A DNA stretch of 64,000 bases from Bugula neritina. Its lineage: Eukaryota > Animalia > Bryozoa. The first letter of the stretch is position 1. Every line of letters starts with the position of its first letter. The DNA is taken from positions 13,980,633 through 14,044,632 of the forward strand of contig OZ037769.1 in the NCBI GenBank assembly GCA_964035545.1, written 5' to 3'. Made by a program: the position numbers and the translations under genes. The notes under the pieces are model-generated. The model did not search any database. It had not been told where the DNA came from and saw nothing but the letters and a program-made list of their open reading frames with translations. This document shows, in pieces, positions 1 through 13,400 of this stretch.

Positions 1-116
1 GTTATAATTTAAACAATACTAGTTATTTATAAAACAAGTAAAAGCAAAGAACTTATAATATATAGAAAGTTTGTAGAGTGAAATAATGAGAAAATTTATA
101 GCTGTAGATGTCTTAC

Positions 117-3100
117 CCAGTTTTAGCAAAACTTGTCCATTGTTGTATCATTCGCTGAGAAAGCTGTTTTTCTACTTCAGTAGCATTGTAATATTCAGCT
201 CCCGCGACTACAAATATAGATAAGAATTATTAAATATAAAATTTTGCATTCAGCTTTAAATATTTCAGAAAATGATATATGCAGTTTCAAAAAACATTAT
301 TTTTTCAACTTCAAAAGCCAATATTTACACTCACGCAAGTTTATAGTGGCTTTCCCTGTGAGAAACCCCTGATAGAAAGGGCTTTTGTTAAAGCGGGCTA
401 AGGACTTATTTAGATGAAGCACAGGAGCAATTATGACTGAATGCTCTTCCTAACATCACTGATGGCCTTTGTCGGGGTTTGAACCCATGACCTTGTGTTT
501 ACTAAGCAAACGCTTTAACCCCTACAGCAAGGCTGCTTCTCAAAAACAAATATTTAGGCTACAGTTAAATAAACCTCTTCTGTAAAGTTAAAATGAATTG
601 AATAACATATCCCAACGCACGTGTTTCCTGGAACCCAAACACAAATTTAGCCTCTTCTGTGTGCGAGGCTCCAGTTTTCAGCCAGGTGGGGTACAAGCTG
701 AACTGCCCGTTGCCTCTGACATTGTGACTAAACTCATAGGCAAAGGTGCTTTTATTTGAGAGGGCGCTGTGCAACTGCAGGTGATGGACTGTGGGAAGAA
801 TAAACTTTACTTCTCCTGTAAAAGAAGTAAAAAGACAGATTCTTATATACGTTGTGCATGTTGCTACCAGTAGATTTCTTATGATAAAAGTTAAAATATT
901 GTATTCTATTTTGTGTTTTTACTGTGTTGCAAGTAATGGTAATATAAGAGAAAACATAAAAAATATATTTGTAGAGCTTATAAAAGAAATTATATGCTTA
1001 TATTGTTTGCATAAGTTCTACAAATATCATTCTGTCATTTATGTACTGCCAAGTTTATTAGTTTTTGAATTTTTTATAGAAATAAAGCCAAGATTTTAGT
1101 GTTAATCTATATTACTAAATTTTTTTTCAGCAGCAAAGCTCTTTGATAGCAATAAAAACATGTGAAATTGAATTTATATTTCTATAAGAATGAGCTTTTA
1201 CCAAATATTTCATATATAACATAATTTGATTCACTAATTTGTCGGAATTACTTCATACTGTAAAAAATTCATAAAGTAAACTAGACAATAAAAGCAGCGT
1301 TTTAGTTATACTTCAAAAAATATTTTAAGCCCATATTAACTCACCAAATATTTTAGTGAAAATTTCCAATCTCTTTTCTTCAATCGTTCTATGCTTGCTG
1401 TTGAGCTTTTCATCGTCATTTAAATAAAATTCAGGTAAAATGTTTGCTATTAGTTCAACCAGTTCTTTATTGTTGCCTATTTTGCTAAAGTCTTGAAATA
1501 CAGGCACTTTCAACGCTTCACGTAGCGCCTTCGCAGAAAGACCCGTCTGAATGTTAGAAAAATTAACTTCCTCCACTAAGCGGAGTAAAACTAATAAACC
1601 AAATAGACCTTCTTGGTCCGTCCAACCACTGAACAAGTCAAAACTGCCGAAGTTTGCCAACATTGATTTCGTGGTCTCGGACAAGCCAGTACGAGCAAAG
1701 CTATCCATGATTTCATAGCCGTCATAGTGCAAAAAATCTTTATCAACCACTGGGTAAAATATTAAATTGAATCTTGGACTAGTCGCAGCCATAATTTCAT
1801 CACTAGTTTTACTTGATAAACACTCTTGAGGCTGTGCTGTTGAGGAGCAGTTTAGACGCTGAAGAACTGATTGGGAGAAGAAAGCTGGAGCTTGACTGAT
1901 TGAGGCAGCGGCAAGGGCTGACCCGCTTTGAGCTATGACTCGCTGAAATAGTGTGTTGTTGTTTAATGGAGACAGCATTTGAAATGTTGCTGATATCGAG
2001 CCAGCTGATTGGCCGAAAATGGTGATACTATCGGAATTTCCGCCGTAATCTTCTATGTTATCTTTTACCCATTCTATGGCCAACTTCTGATCCCAGAGTC
2101 CATAATTGCCGGGAAGTTTGTCGTCTCCGGTTGACATGAACCCCAGAGCTCCAACTCGGTAGTTGATGGTAACCACGACGACATCTCCAGATGCTACTAT
2201 TGCTGAAGGGTTGTCTTCCATACCAGAACCTCGGATAAAGCCTCCACCATGGATCCAAATCATTACAGTCTAAAGCAGAAATCAGTAAACAATATAATCT
2301 AATAGTCACCAAAAGTGTTTAAATTAGCTGTTGTAGTCTACTAAATAAAAAGGTGAAACCTATTATTTGTTGACCTTATGTATTAATCTAGTCTCCACCA
2401 ATATTCTGATTAGCAACTTTTTTGCCTAGCACATATACAATGATAAGAAGAAATTTTCAAAACCCAGTTTTCAATCTCAGTGTGACAATTAAATTTAATG
2501 CTTGGTAAGAACGCATTATTTTCATCAATATTGAAGCCACCACAATCTCCAAACAGACGTAGCATTTAGATGTCTGGTAGCTGGGTTTTACTTATAGCTA
2601 ACATGTCTCTAACCTGCAGCTTAAAAAAATATCCAAACTATTTCTCGTTTCAGTTACAGTTTAAAAAAAGTTATCTAATAAAACAAACTGCAAGATGATA
2701 AACCTATCACTTTTTATTTAAAATATTGAGTAAATATTTTCAGGATTTTTGTGTATTTTTGGTAATAATTACTTGCTGGAGTAGAGTTGCCTACCCTATT
2801 AGTGGAGCTGTTTGATGTGTAGATGTTTAGGAAGAGACAGTCTTCACTTCCAATAGTCGTGGAGCCGTCATGTTGAAGACACGAAGATCCACCAGTTGTA
2901 GCGTTTAACTTTCCTTTGAAACTGCCATACGGTTGTGGCTTAGCAAATCTAAGCGAGCCAGTTGGTGGTTTGGCAAAGGGAATTCCTGTAATTTTTTGTA
3001 TCTATTTGTTAGTTAGAGACAGCTTTTCTTAAAGTTTATTAAATTTCATTATTTTCTACATCTTCAGAGTAAATGATCTATAATTGCCGAGGTTACAAGT

Positions 3101-3539
3101 TTCACATTTATTTAAATTACATGCACAAGTAAAAGTCATATACAATGTTATGTATATGTATATCTGTATAATATATTATTGTAATAAAAACAACAGCTAC
3201 TATTATGATTTAATGGAAAATATCAATGAAATATAGCGTTTTAACAAACTTGTTTTAATATACCAAAAAAAATTCTAAATTTAAAACAATGTTGAAATTT
3301 GAAATATAGCCAAATGACTCTATGAAGTGCTTAAAGTATCAAAATTAGATGGTAGAAAAGACAATGCATTGTAGATATTACCGAATCTCACCCAAGTATT
3401 TGTAAACTAGTGTGCCGTTAAAGTCCTTGCTGATGCCTTCTACTTCGCCAAGTCTTGTTTGCAATAGTAAGTCAATGCACATGCAATATTGAACTAAAGA
3501 GACAATTGAAAAAAATACCAGCACTTTGAAATCATTCAT
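117..3539 (-). CDS. Type-B carboxylesterase paralogue A (3' end lies outside the window)
   Basis: Exons approx 3539-3392, 2985-2795, 2269-1345, 815-621, 207-117 with GT-AG junctions in frame. Signal-peptide-like N-terminus MNDFKVLVFFSIVSLV; GIPFAKPP, SEDCLFLNIY, WIHGGGF, GQSAG nucleophile elbow, GWTDQEG acid, GASHTEE His, WTSFAKTG. Confidence 0.93.
330..539 (-). mobile_element. tRNA-derived SINE (about 215 bp family)
   Basis: A/B-box-like head, shared body (GTCATAATTGCTCCTGTG...GGTTTCTCACAGGGA...CTATAAACTTG), degenerate flanking direct repeat CAAAA..CAATATTTA. Confidence 0.85.
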
Positions 3540-4589
3540 GATTCCGCAGCTGCTAATGTGAGCAGCCTTGGTCCCAGAAGTGATGATATGTAGGTGATGG
3601 TTATATACAAGCAGCGGATTATACAAGCAATGAGTTATGCAAGTAATGGGTCATGCTAGAAAGGATTATAGAAAGGCCTGTATCTTGTTTACATTACTTG
3701 AGTGAAATACGATCAGTCAACAATGATTAGCAAACTCGCTCCTGTTGATCTATCAAAGCTTTTTATTGACTTGGTGTGCATATCACTGTGCAAGCATGCT
3801 GTCTGGGTATGTAGATTGCTGTGACAGAGCTGAATGCGTTGCTAAATTGCACATATTGCAAAATTTTCAAATGGTAATTATATGCGGTGAAAATGATACT
3901 TGCCACTGCACACAACATGTACAAATTGACCCAGGAAGCTAAATCTCGGTGACCAATGGTATTCAATCCGTGCTTTGCTATCGAGTGTTATAAATTATCT
4001 CAGTTCGAAAATTCGACCTCCATATAATTCTCAATAAATGCATAACAGCACAATGTACAACTGAAATGCAAATAAGCAAAAATACAAAATATTTTTCAAC
4101 AAATTATAGACCTTTACCACAGGAACTTTGTCCACAGCAAAAGAAATTGCACATAACAGCCCTACTTTGCTTCCTATACAAAGTTTTTGCTAGCAGCTTG
4201 TACGGTTATGTACTTCATGTGGCACATAAGTAATGGCTATGCATTTGCTACTAAATAGCGGTCTGAGCTATACTTGAAAATGCTATAAAATTCTAAACAC
4301 ATACGTGTTGTCATAGCAACTGACTTTATTGTGTATAATCCTATATATTATAAGATTAACGTAATATTATAGTGGTATATGGAACATTTATTATCAGAAT
4401 CACTTTGTGAAATTTAAATGGCCAGTGTTGAAATATTTGTCATAATTTTACGTATTTATATATTAAGAGCTTATCTAAAATAAGTAAAATCAAATAACTA
4501 TTATATAAAGCATTATTTCATGTTTTACATACAGCAGTGGGTCTACAAAAAAAAAGACAAATCCTGTTTAACACGCAACAGTTAAAAGT

Positions 4590-5925
4590 TTAGTTGATCT
4601 TGCTTTGGGCAATCTTCCTTTTCAGTTGGATGATTGAAATGATGAAAACAACGCATATCATAGCCAGCAGAATGGATACGACTATGCCAATTGTTATCGC
4701 TTGGCTAGCTTCTCCAGTTGTCAACGTAAGCATTCCATTGAGAAACTCATCTACATAAAGAGAGCACAACTCTGAAATATTTGCTCAAAAATCAAATGAT
4801 AATTGCGACAGAAACTTGTGAAACAGTATTGCATTTATAATTCAGCAATAAAACCAAGGTTAAAAAACTTGATATAGGTGATTAAGCGAATTGCATCATT
4901 TATTTTAGAAATAAATGCATGATTTGCTTGCTTAAAATTTTGAGTAAATTATAAGCTTTCAACTCACATTTCATAGTGGCGTTGGCTAGCATGGTAGTCG
5001 TTGCTTTCCCTGATATGGTCATTTCATCTATGTCGTTACTGTGCACTATAGCCGAATTAATTGCTGCAAGTAGCCGTTCCTTGCTACTGTACGGGTAAGA
5101 CAACTTCTCAAACTCTCCTGTCTGCAACCTGGTGTAATTCTGAGTACGAGGGTACTCAAAGGTGGTGTAGTCAGACGTTGAAGGGTGTCTAGAATATTAT
5201 ACATACTACTTAAAAGTCAAATCATCAGCTTTTTTGGTGAATTGTATTATAGAAAGTTTAATTAATATATGTGGTATTCGCCAATTGCTGTGACTTGGAT
5301 GAAATTCTAACTGTATTGTACTATGTTGAATTGGATTCAATTGCAGTGAAAGTTATAAATCAGGTTTGTGGCAGTTAAGTAACTATTAGGATAGTTAAAC
5401 TAAGTACAAACGAGCATACAATTTTGTTTATGAAATGTAGGCAGCTTACTGAAATCGTTTGTGATTTTAAATAAGTATAATGGCAATATTGCAGTAAGGT
5501 TTATTTTTTGCCATCTTGTTATTGCTCTAATGTTAACTACTTTTTCATATTTAAATTTACATTTTTTATAATGACTGTCAGGTCTACTTAAGTAATGATT
5601 TCAATTAAAGTTGACTAAATTGTCAAAAAATATGTTTTGCAAAGAAGTGTTTAATTTAATAGCTCATCATACCCGGTTTTGGCAAAGCTTGTCCACTGGT
5701 GAATTATTCTATTAGAGAGCTCTCTCTCCTCATCTGTAGGAGTGTAAGGGGGCATTTCATCTGCAAGAAGACAACTCTAATATTCAATAATACGATTTAT
5801 CTATTCTTTAAATAAATGGTGATAATTGTTTAGAGTAAACATGTAAAAACAAAATTCAAGTGTTTTTTGCTAAGATTTTATTTTTAAATTACACCCACAC
5901 ACACACGCATGCACACACGCACGAA

Positions 5926-5997
<72 letters not shown>

Positions 5998-8881
5998 CAC
6001 ACACAAATGCAAAAGCAAATGCAAAAGCAAATGCATGAGCAAATGCATGAGCAAATGCATGAGCAAATGCATGAGCAAATGCATTAGCAAACGCACAAAA
6101 ACAGAAAATATAAGTTTCACTAAGGGCAATTTATTTGGGTGCAAACTGTTTATGATACATGTTTAATTTTTATATTATTAGCATCAATAATCATTTGACT
6201 TACAATTTACGTTGAATCCAAACACAAACAAAATCTCATCTGCATGGACAGCGCCAGTTCTTAGCCAATCAGGTCCTTCTTCAAACAATCCAGGGCTGTT
6301 ACGTTTGTGTGCAAACTCATAGGCAAATGTGTTTCTACTTGAAACAGCACTGTGCAACTGTAGCTGATGGATTGTGGGTAGGGTCAAAATCACATCACCT
6401 ACAAAAGACCAATAGGAATTATTTATTTGGCTGTAGAATCTGAATAAAATTGTTTCAAATAGAAAATCAACCAGTGTATCATTTTATAGCACTTTTTCAA
6501 AAATGACATAGACGATTGTCATACAGTTAATATGTAAACATAGAAACCTTACCAGCTATTTGAGTAAAAATCTCTAGTCGTTTCTCATCCATTGTGCGGT
6601 TAGAGCTCAAAAGCTGGGAGTGGCTGTTTAAGTAGAATATTGGTAGGATATCTGTGATTAGGTCAATGAATCTTTCGTCACCAAGAAGGCCAGTTGGTGG
6701 AAAAACAATCAATTTCAAAGCCTCATTGAATATATTTTCGGAGAGCCCGCTTTCAACTGCAGAACTATTGAGATTTCTGGCTATGGGGTCAAGGAGAAAC
6801 AAACCTTCTTGATTATTCCAGCCGCTAAGCAAATCATAGTCACCAAAGTTTGCTAGCATTGACTTGGTTTGTTCTGAGGGGCCTGTACGAGTAAAGCTAT
6901 CCAGAAGACGAGAGAAGTCATGGGGAAGCAAATCTCCATCTACCACTGGACCTAAGTACATATTATCGTTCGTAGCCATCAGTATTTCTCGGCTATCTGC
7001 ATTTTGAAGACATGTCTTTAAACTGTCATTTACTGAGCAGTTGACCTGTTGAACCACAGAGTTAGATACACTCAAGGGTTGAGGCATGTACAAAGTAGTC
7101 GCCAGACCTGAACCGCTTTCTGTTATGACTCGTTGAAACAGCGAGTTGTTGTTCAAGGGTGAAAGCATGTGGAAAGAAGCTGAAAAAGCTCCGGCAGATT
7201 CACCAAAGAGCGTGATGCTGTCGGGATTTCCACCATAATCTTCTATGTTATTCTTCACCCATTCTATGGCCAACTTCTGATCCCAGAGTCCATAATTGCC
7301 GGGAAGTTTGTCATCTCCGGTTGACAGGAACCCGAGAGCTCCTAAGCGATAGTTGATGGTAACCACGACAACATCTCCCTTGGCAACAATAACTGACGCA
7401 TCATACCCACTTCCTGCGCCGACAGTGAACCCTCCACCATGGATCCAAATCATTACGCTCTGAAAGTGCAAAAATGCTCTATGTAAACCTTAAAAGATGA
7501 AGTGTCTATTTAAAAGCATAAAGCCAAAAAAACCACAAATAATGCTGAAAAAGATGACTATGATATCTGGATTTGGCTTATATCAAGATGGTGAGTATTA
7601 CGTGCACAAGCCAGATAAGGCAGAAAGCTCAAGATATAAAAATGATTCAGTGAAAATTACAATGCAATAAATAGGAAAATGTAGAGCTTTTCATCATTCT
7701 ATAATTACTTCAATTAGTAATGCAGACAGCCAAACCATAATTTTGCTAGAAGGTATTAGCAAACAGTATAACACAACTCCAAAAGGAACAAAACACTGCA
7801 TGCCTCTAACATAAAACACTGTTTATATTTTCACTTTGCTATACGTCTACAGATTAAAGATTAGGAGTTGTCTTTTAAAGATAACATGGAATATTATTTA
7901 TGCATAGTTTTGGGTATGTCAAGTCAATAAATTAGCTTAGTCACAATATGTTGTATCATGCAGAAGTAGTTTAAATAAAAATTCAGTTTTATTAACATGA
8001 CTGCAATGTCAATGTCAATAATCAAAGATAAGTTGAGTAAATCAAAAATATATTATTATATATTATTATATGCATTTAGTTCTACTTTTTAACCTTTATA
8101 ATCAGTGTTAGTATGGGCAGCAGATATAAATGCTTTATAAAACTTTATGTGAGTCTAGTAAAACATAAAGTGTACTAGGTGTAAATAAACTTTAAACTCT
8201 GGATCACAAGGTAACAAATATGCTAACAGAGAAAGTAATACAGAAAGCTCAATTAGCTACCAAGAAACAGCTGCATGTTTAAAGAAACTTACTTTTTTGT
8301 ACTGAGAATTTGCTGTGTAGATATTTAAACTAAGACAGTCTTCGCTGCCAATTACAGCAACACTGGGTCTTTGCAGGCATGCTGAGCCATAGACTGTGGC
8401 GTTTCGCTTTTCTGCACCGAAATTACCAAATGGTTTCGGCTTGGCAAATCTAAGACTACCAATCGGAGGCTTGGCATATGGAATACCTGACCAATGAAGA
8501 CAAAAATGAATGAATGAAACAAATGATTAAAGTTGTAAATAAATGATTGACAATTGATTTTGTTTATAATTGTGTTTCAATGTTTATAGTCAATTCTTAA
8601 AATCTTGATGTTTTACAAAGCAGTGCTTACATGCATGTTTCTAAATTTGTTGACAAATAAGCAGGGAATGTAACTCCAAAGTCTGCCTCATTATTAAAAA
8701 AAATTTAATTAGAAGTTAGAATATTTTTGTTTAACTTACCTAAATATTTGTGCACTGCTGTACCCTCTACATTTTCACTAATTCCTTCTATTTTACCAAG
8801 TTTTGTCTGCAACGATGTTGACATTCCATATTGTAGTAGTAGAGAGAATAAAACCAACGAGAAAACTTTAGTGTAGGTCAT
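4590..8881 (-). CDS. Type-B carboxylesterase paralogue B, predicted type I membrane protein
   Basis: Exons approx 8881-8740, 8486-8293, 7459-6553, 6398-6204, 5760-5673, 5188-4968, 4750-4590. Motifs GIPYAKPP, SEDCL, HGGGF, GESAG, GWNNQEG, GAVHADE. Last exon encodes hydrophobic ITIGIVVSILLAMICVVFIISII followed by QLKRKIAQSKIN-stop. Confidence 0.93.
5893..6090. repeat. Compound microsatellite (GCAC)n plus 12-mer (GCAAATGCATGA)n
   Basis: Directly visible. Confidence 0.95.
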
Positions 8882-10457
8882 ACTGAGCTAGTTGTGACTG
8901 ACCACTGCTACTCTACACTCACACGAATGGCTAAGATTTGGAATTAGTATTATGCCATCTTTAGCTGATGATAACGGCAATTTTGTGATAACTGCAGTGG
9001 CTGGATCTAGCTAGGAGTGGATTTAGCAAGGGGGCTTGACATCTCAGTATTGAATGTTCTCATAAAAAAGTTAACCAACCTGACATAATACTACTTTGGT
9101 TATTAAAGAAACCATAGTTGCTAAACACTATGTTTTGACTTTTTAACAACTCACTGTATACCTATGACAACAGCTAATTAAAAAGATAATATCATTTTCC
9201 TATAACCAGTAACAGTAATTTAATGATGCTGAAAAACATTTATTGCTTAATATTTTATACATATTCGTTTTGTTTAGTATTTATTGCTTTAACAGAAAAA
9301 TATATTTCATTCTAATTGTTTTTAGGAGTTAAACTAAAAGTTGATTTTTTCGGATTGATTAGGTTAACTTTTTTTTAAAAAAGATTTTAAAAATGGTTGC
9401 ACATGGTGTTGCCGCCATGTTTTAAATAAAACAAGTTTAACTGCTAGAATTTTAGTAAAAAAATGTATGTTATACTGGTATAATCAATCAAATACACACA
9501 GGAAAGGAAAGGAATAAAATTCCTATAAGAGTCAATCAAGATAACAATATTTAATTGCTCTGCGTAAGCTTTGATAACCTATCAGAAATATGCACCACTT
9601 TATCTTTGTTAGCATGAATGGAATGTCTTCAATATTATTAATGAAAAAAAAGCTTCTCCGAAAAAAATATTATTAATTGTTCTGTAACTCTGTATACTTT
9701 AACTATAGAATGAAAGAAAAACATTCAATTGCACATAAAGTATGATTAAACACAATGGTTTTAAGATTGCTATGGTACTCTTCAAATATTGAGGAGCTTG
9801 AATTGCATGATAATGTATTGCTATACCAAATTATTTGTGAGCTTTGAAGTCTCCTTTCTATAGAGAATGTAATTGCATAGTTTATTATATACATAAAACA
9901 TGAAATGATTATGTATACATTATAATTAAAATGTATATTGTATTATAGCTGCAGATGAAAACACAGTATTAGGGTATCACGCGAATGCCGTCATCAAATA
10001 GGTGTATCAAAGCATTGATATTTATTTAATTTAAATTTTGCGAAAATACATAAGTCTTAACTTTTTAGAGATAACTCAGATATGATTGTATTTTGCTGCA
10101 GAAATATTGGTGAATGACTAATTCATACAACTGCTGTGAAAATTTATTGTTTATCTACACACAAATCTATAAACACAGTGTATGCAGCAAGTTTACAACC
10201 ATAGTATGTGACAAATAGACAGTAAGCTTTCCGTATAACACGCTTAGTATATTTGCAGAAAGACATTGTACATTAATACAGTAAATATTAAATTACACAT
10301 GTCACAGGTTATATTCATGATTAAAAAACTGATTTAGCAGAAAAAAATTGTTTTCAAAAAGAATGTTATCTAGATAAAATTGATATCAAAATATTACTTC
10401 ATTTCTTAGGGTAGTACTTCGTTTATTAAAGTAGTATACTTGGAACAATAAATATTT

Positions 10458-13400
10458 TCACAGTTTTGTGTTGTTGTTTTCCTGAAGCTCTTTCAGCTCT
10501 TCTTGTTTTTTCAGCTGCACAATCTTTGCCAGATGCACTTTCAGAGAGATGTAGGCAGTGAGCAAGATGATAGTAACTGCTGACAGAATGGCTCCTAAGA
10601 CTAGGAGAGCCGTCAGCGTAGAGTCAGCATCATTGTAGTTAAGATAAGCCACTCCATTCAGGTACCTTTCTAAAAAATCAAAACAGTACATTTTACACAT
10701 GTTGGAAATGCTGACATTATCGTTTATAATATTGTATTTTTTATAGTAGAACAAGATATTATATGATTTTAATCGAAGCTAAAATATATATATAATTAAC
10801 AATGATTAAAGCAATAGATATAACCATATTCATATCTTATTTGGCGATACAAAGGAATATGCTCTTGTACAATGATGCAACTATAAGGCCTATGATAATA
10901 TGAATGCATGATAGCATGATATATACAATAACAGAACTGAATGATAACCATAGGTTAAAAAGACTTGATAAATACATAAATATATGAATATAATATGATC
11001 ATATGGCTTTATATGTATTTATGGGTGTGTAAATAACTAAATCTAAGACTATATGAATACATGATTATATGGATGGATGATAAGATTATAGTAATATAAT
11101 TCTAAAGTTATACCTGCATATTAATATTATATTGAACTAAAAAAGTCAAGAGTGTACATTATTGCTTCCGTATTAACTGAATAAAATATGCCTTAAGTAC
11201 CCAGACAAAGTTTATATACATATGACTGCTGCCAGCTGCTGACCTTTGACACTGCTGGGGTCGACTGTAGAGGTGGAGGGTGTAGAAGTGCTGGTAGGGG
11301 GAGTAGTGGTGGTTGTTGTGGTAGTGGTGGTGTTCACAACCCCCACACCAGGTATCAAGAACGCAGACGTCATGGCTGACAGAAATGGCTGCCTCTCTTT
11401 AACAGGAAATGATGAAACTGTAAATGATTCAAGAGTGATCTCTGTGTAGGCTCGAGCTTCGGAATAATCATACACATCGTAGTCTACGGTTGAAGGATTA
11501 CTGCAAGAAAAATTTATATGATTTGTATTATAAGATATAACAAATTATAGAGAGTAGCTGTGATGTAGCCTACTGGTTAATTCACTGGCCTAGTAAGCAT
11601 GAGGTTATTGGTTCGGATCTAAACACTGGCAACGGTTTATTGATTATCACCTATAGTCATAAGTATATAATTGCTGTTTTGTCTTTGTTTAAAAAACCTT
11701 TTCTATTTCGGATTTTCACAAAGATAGCAGTGATCGTCTATAGCTGATGTAAATTTATTTTAGTAAAATATATAATTAGTCTGAAAAAAAGGAACCATAT
11801 AGTTGCATACGCTTGCTGGGATTTTATTTAATTAGTGTATGTAAGGTGAGAGCTGTTGGCATTGGTAGATTTATTCACTGCATCTAATCAAATAAATATT
11901 TGATAATTGAGCTTTTAAGGTGATAAGTAAAAGAAGAAAATCAGATATAAACTTTCTGGAATACTGTACAGTATGCATTTTAAAATTGTTAGCCACCTTA
12001 TAGCTACTAAAGCAAGCTTTAAAACATTTACAAATATCAAATCTATCTCGGGAAATTTGTCAATAAAACTGAAGAATTAGTGCTTTTTTATCAGAAACTA
12101 CAAGACTTTTAAAAGCAAAAACTTTAGCTCTAAACTAACAACTTTAATCAAACGATCAAACTAAATGGATATGACCATCTAAGATCATGGTTGATTAGCA
12201 TATTTTCTAGCTACAGAAAGTGAAATGCTGAAAAACCAACCCAGTTTTAGCAAAACTGCTCCATTGCTCCATCATCTTTTGTGAGAGTTTTTTTTCTGAA
12301 TCAGAATATTCTGTGCCTGCAAAAATTAAAAATTACAAAAAAATTGTATTTTTATAAAAGACGTTATGTTATGGCTATACTAAACCACCTTAGAACTGTG
12401 TTTAAAACTGAGGTGACAAGTTGAAACTATACTACTACCAACTGTTCTACTATATATGTAGTAAAAATATTTTTGAAAATGACCGAGATGAAAATTGCTT
12501 TGTATACGCTTATCATAGATGAAATATGTTAAGCTTTCTATAGATGAGAGCTGAAATTGATTATAAATTTCAAGTTTCAAAGCAGGACAGAACTATTACA
12601 ACACTTACAGGTAACTGAAGGCACGAGTTTCTTGCAGTCTGACAAAGTCAGCAACGGCAGCCCAAAGACATAGCGGATCTCCTCGCCATGATTAGCCCCG
12701 ACTTTTAACCATTCAATATCTTTGTAAAACTCAACTTGAGAAGGGTTTGGAGCTCCGTGGCTAAACTCATAGGCAAAGGTGTTGTTAGATGATGATGCAT
12801 CACTGTGCAGCTGTAGCACCTGGATTGTCGGCACAGTAACGGTGATGTCGCCTGTAAATTCATATTACATAACAGCAGCTGGTACACTCATATGTATCTT
12901 ATCCATCTAAGTAGTGCTATTTCTTTATGAGACGATACAATGTTTAGCATAAATGTATAGCTTTTGCGTCATTTAAGACTCCCAAAAGTTGCAGGAAAAA
13001 TCTTTTTGATTTCAACCAGTATAGTTACTTCACAATGACATAGCCGACATGGCCACAAAAGTTTAAACCTGACCATTTCACAGATTTAAATTTGATTTCT
13101 CGTTCAACATAATTTTTGGTGCGAATATAAAAAGCCTATCAATTATCTAAAGCTAAAATCTAGCAGTATTTTTTGTATAGATACTGCAGTGGCAAAAGCT
13201 ATCAGCAAAAATATCAACTATATGAAGTATGTTTGTAACAACTCCTTATAGAATTATGGAATATTTAATCTAATGACACCATATATAGCTATGGCAAACT
13301 TTAGCTATATATATCAACCTAATAGCCACACTGACTTTGTACTGGTGCATATGCTTTGGTCATCAAATCTTATATAAATATACCGGCTATCTGTGTGAAG

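Noticed and set aside
791-1099. 102-aa plus-strand ORF and similar short AT-rich or antisense ORFs across the window
   Set aside because: Intronic or antisense to real exons, low-complexity composition, no recognisable motifs.
1325-2263. Calling esterase A a juvenile hormone esterase from GQSAG, or B/C neuroligins
   Set aside because: GQSAG alone is not diagnostic. B and C keep the catalytic triad that neuroligins lack. Orthology needs a phylogeny.
5860-6166. ORFs rich in HART/ACVR/MHEQ repeats
   Set aside because: Translations of an intronic microsatellite.
10458-10470. C-terminal TKL as a peroxisomal PTS1
   Set aside because: The protein has a signal peptide and a TM helix, which does not fit matrix import.
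12609-12640. Possible GC-AG donor (T|GCAAG) in esterase C exon 4
   Set aside because: A canonical in-phase T|GTAAGT donor lies 27 nt further on, so no non-canonical intron is needed.
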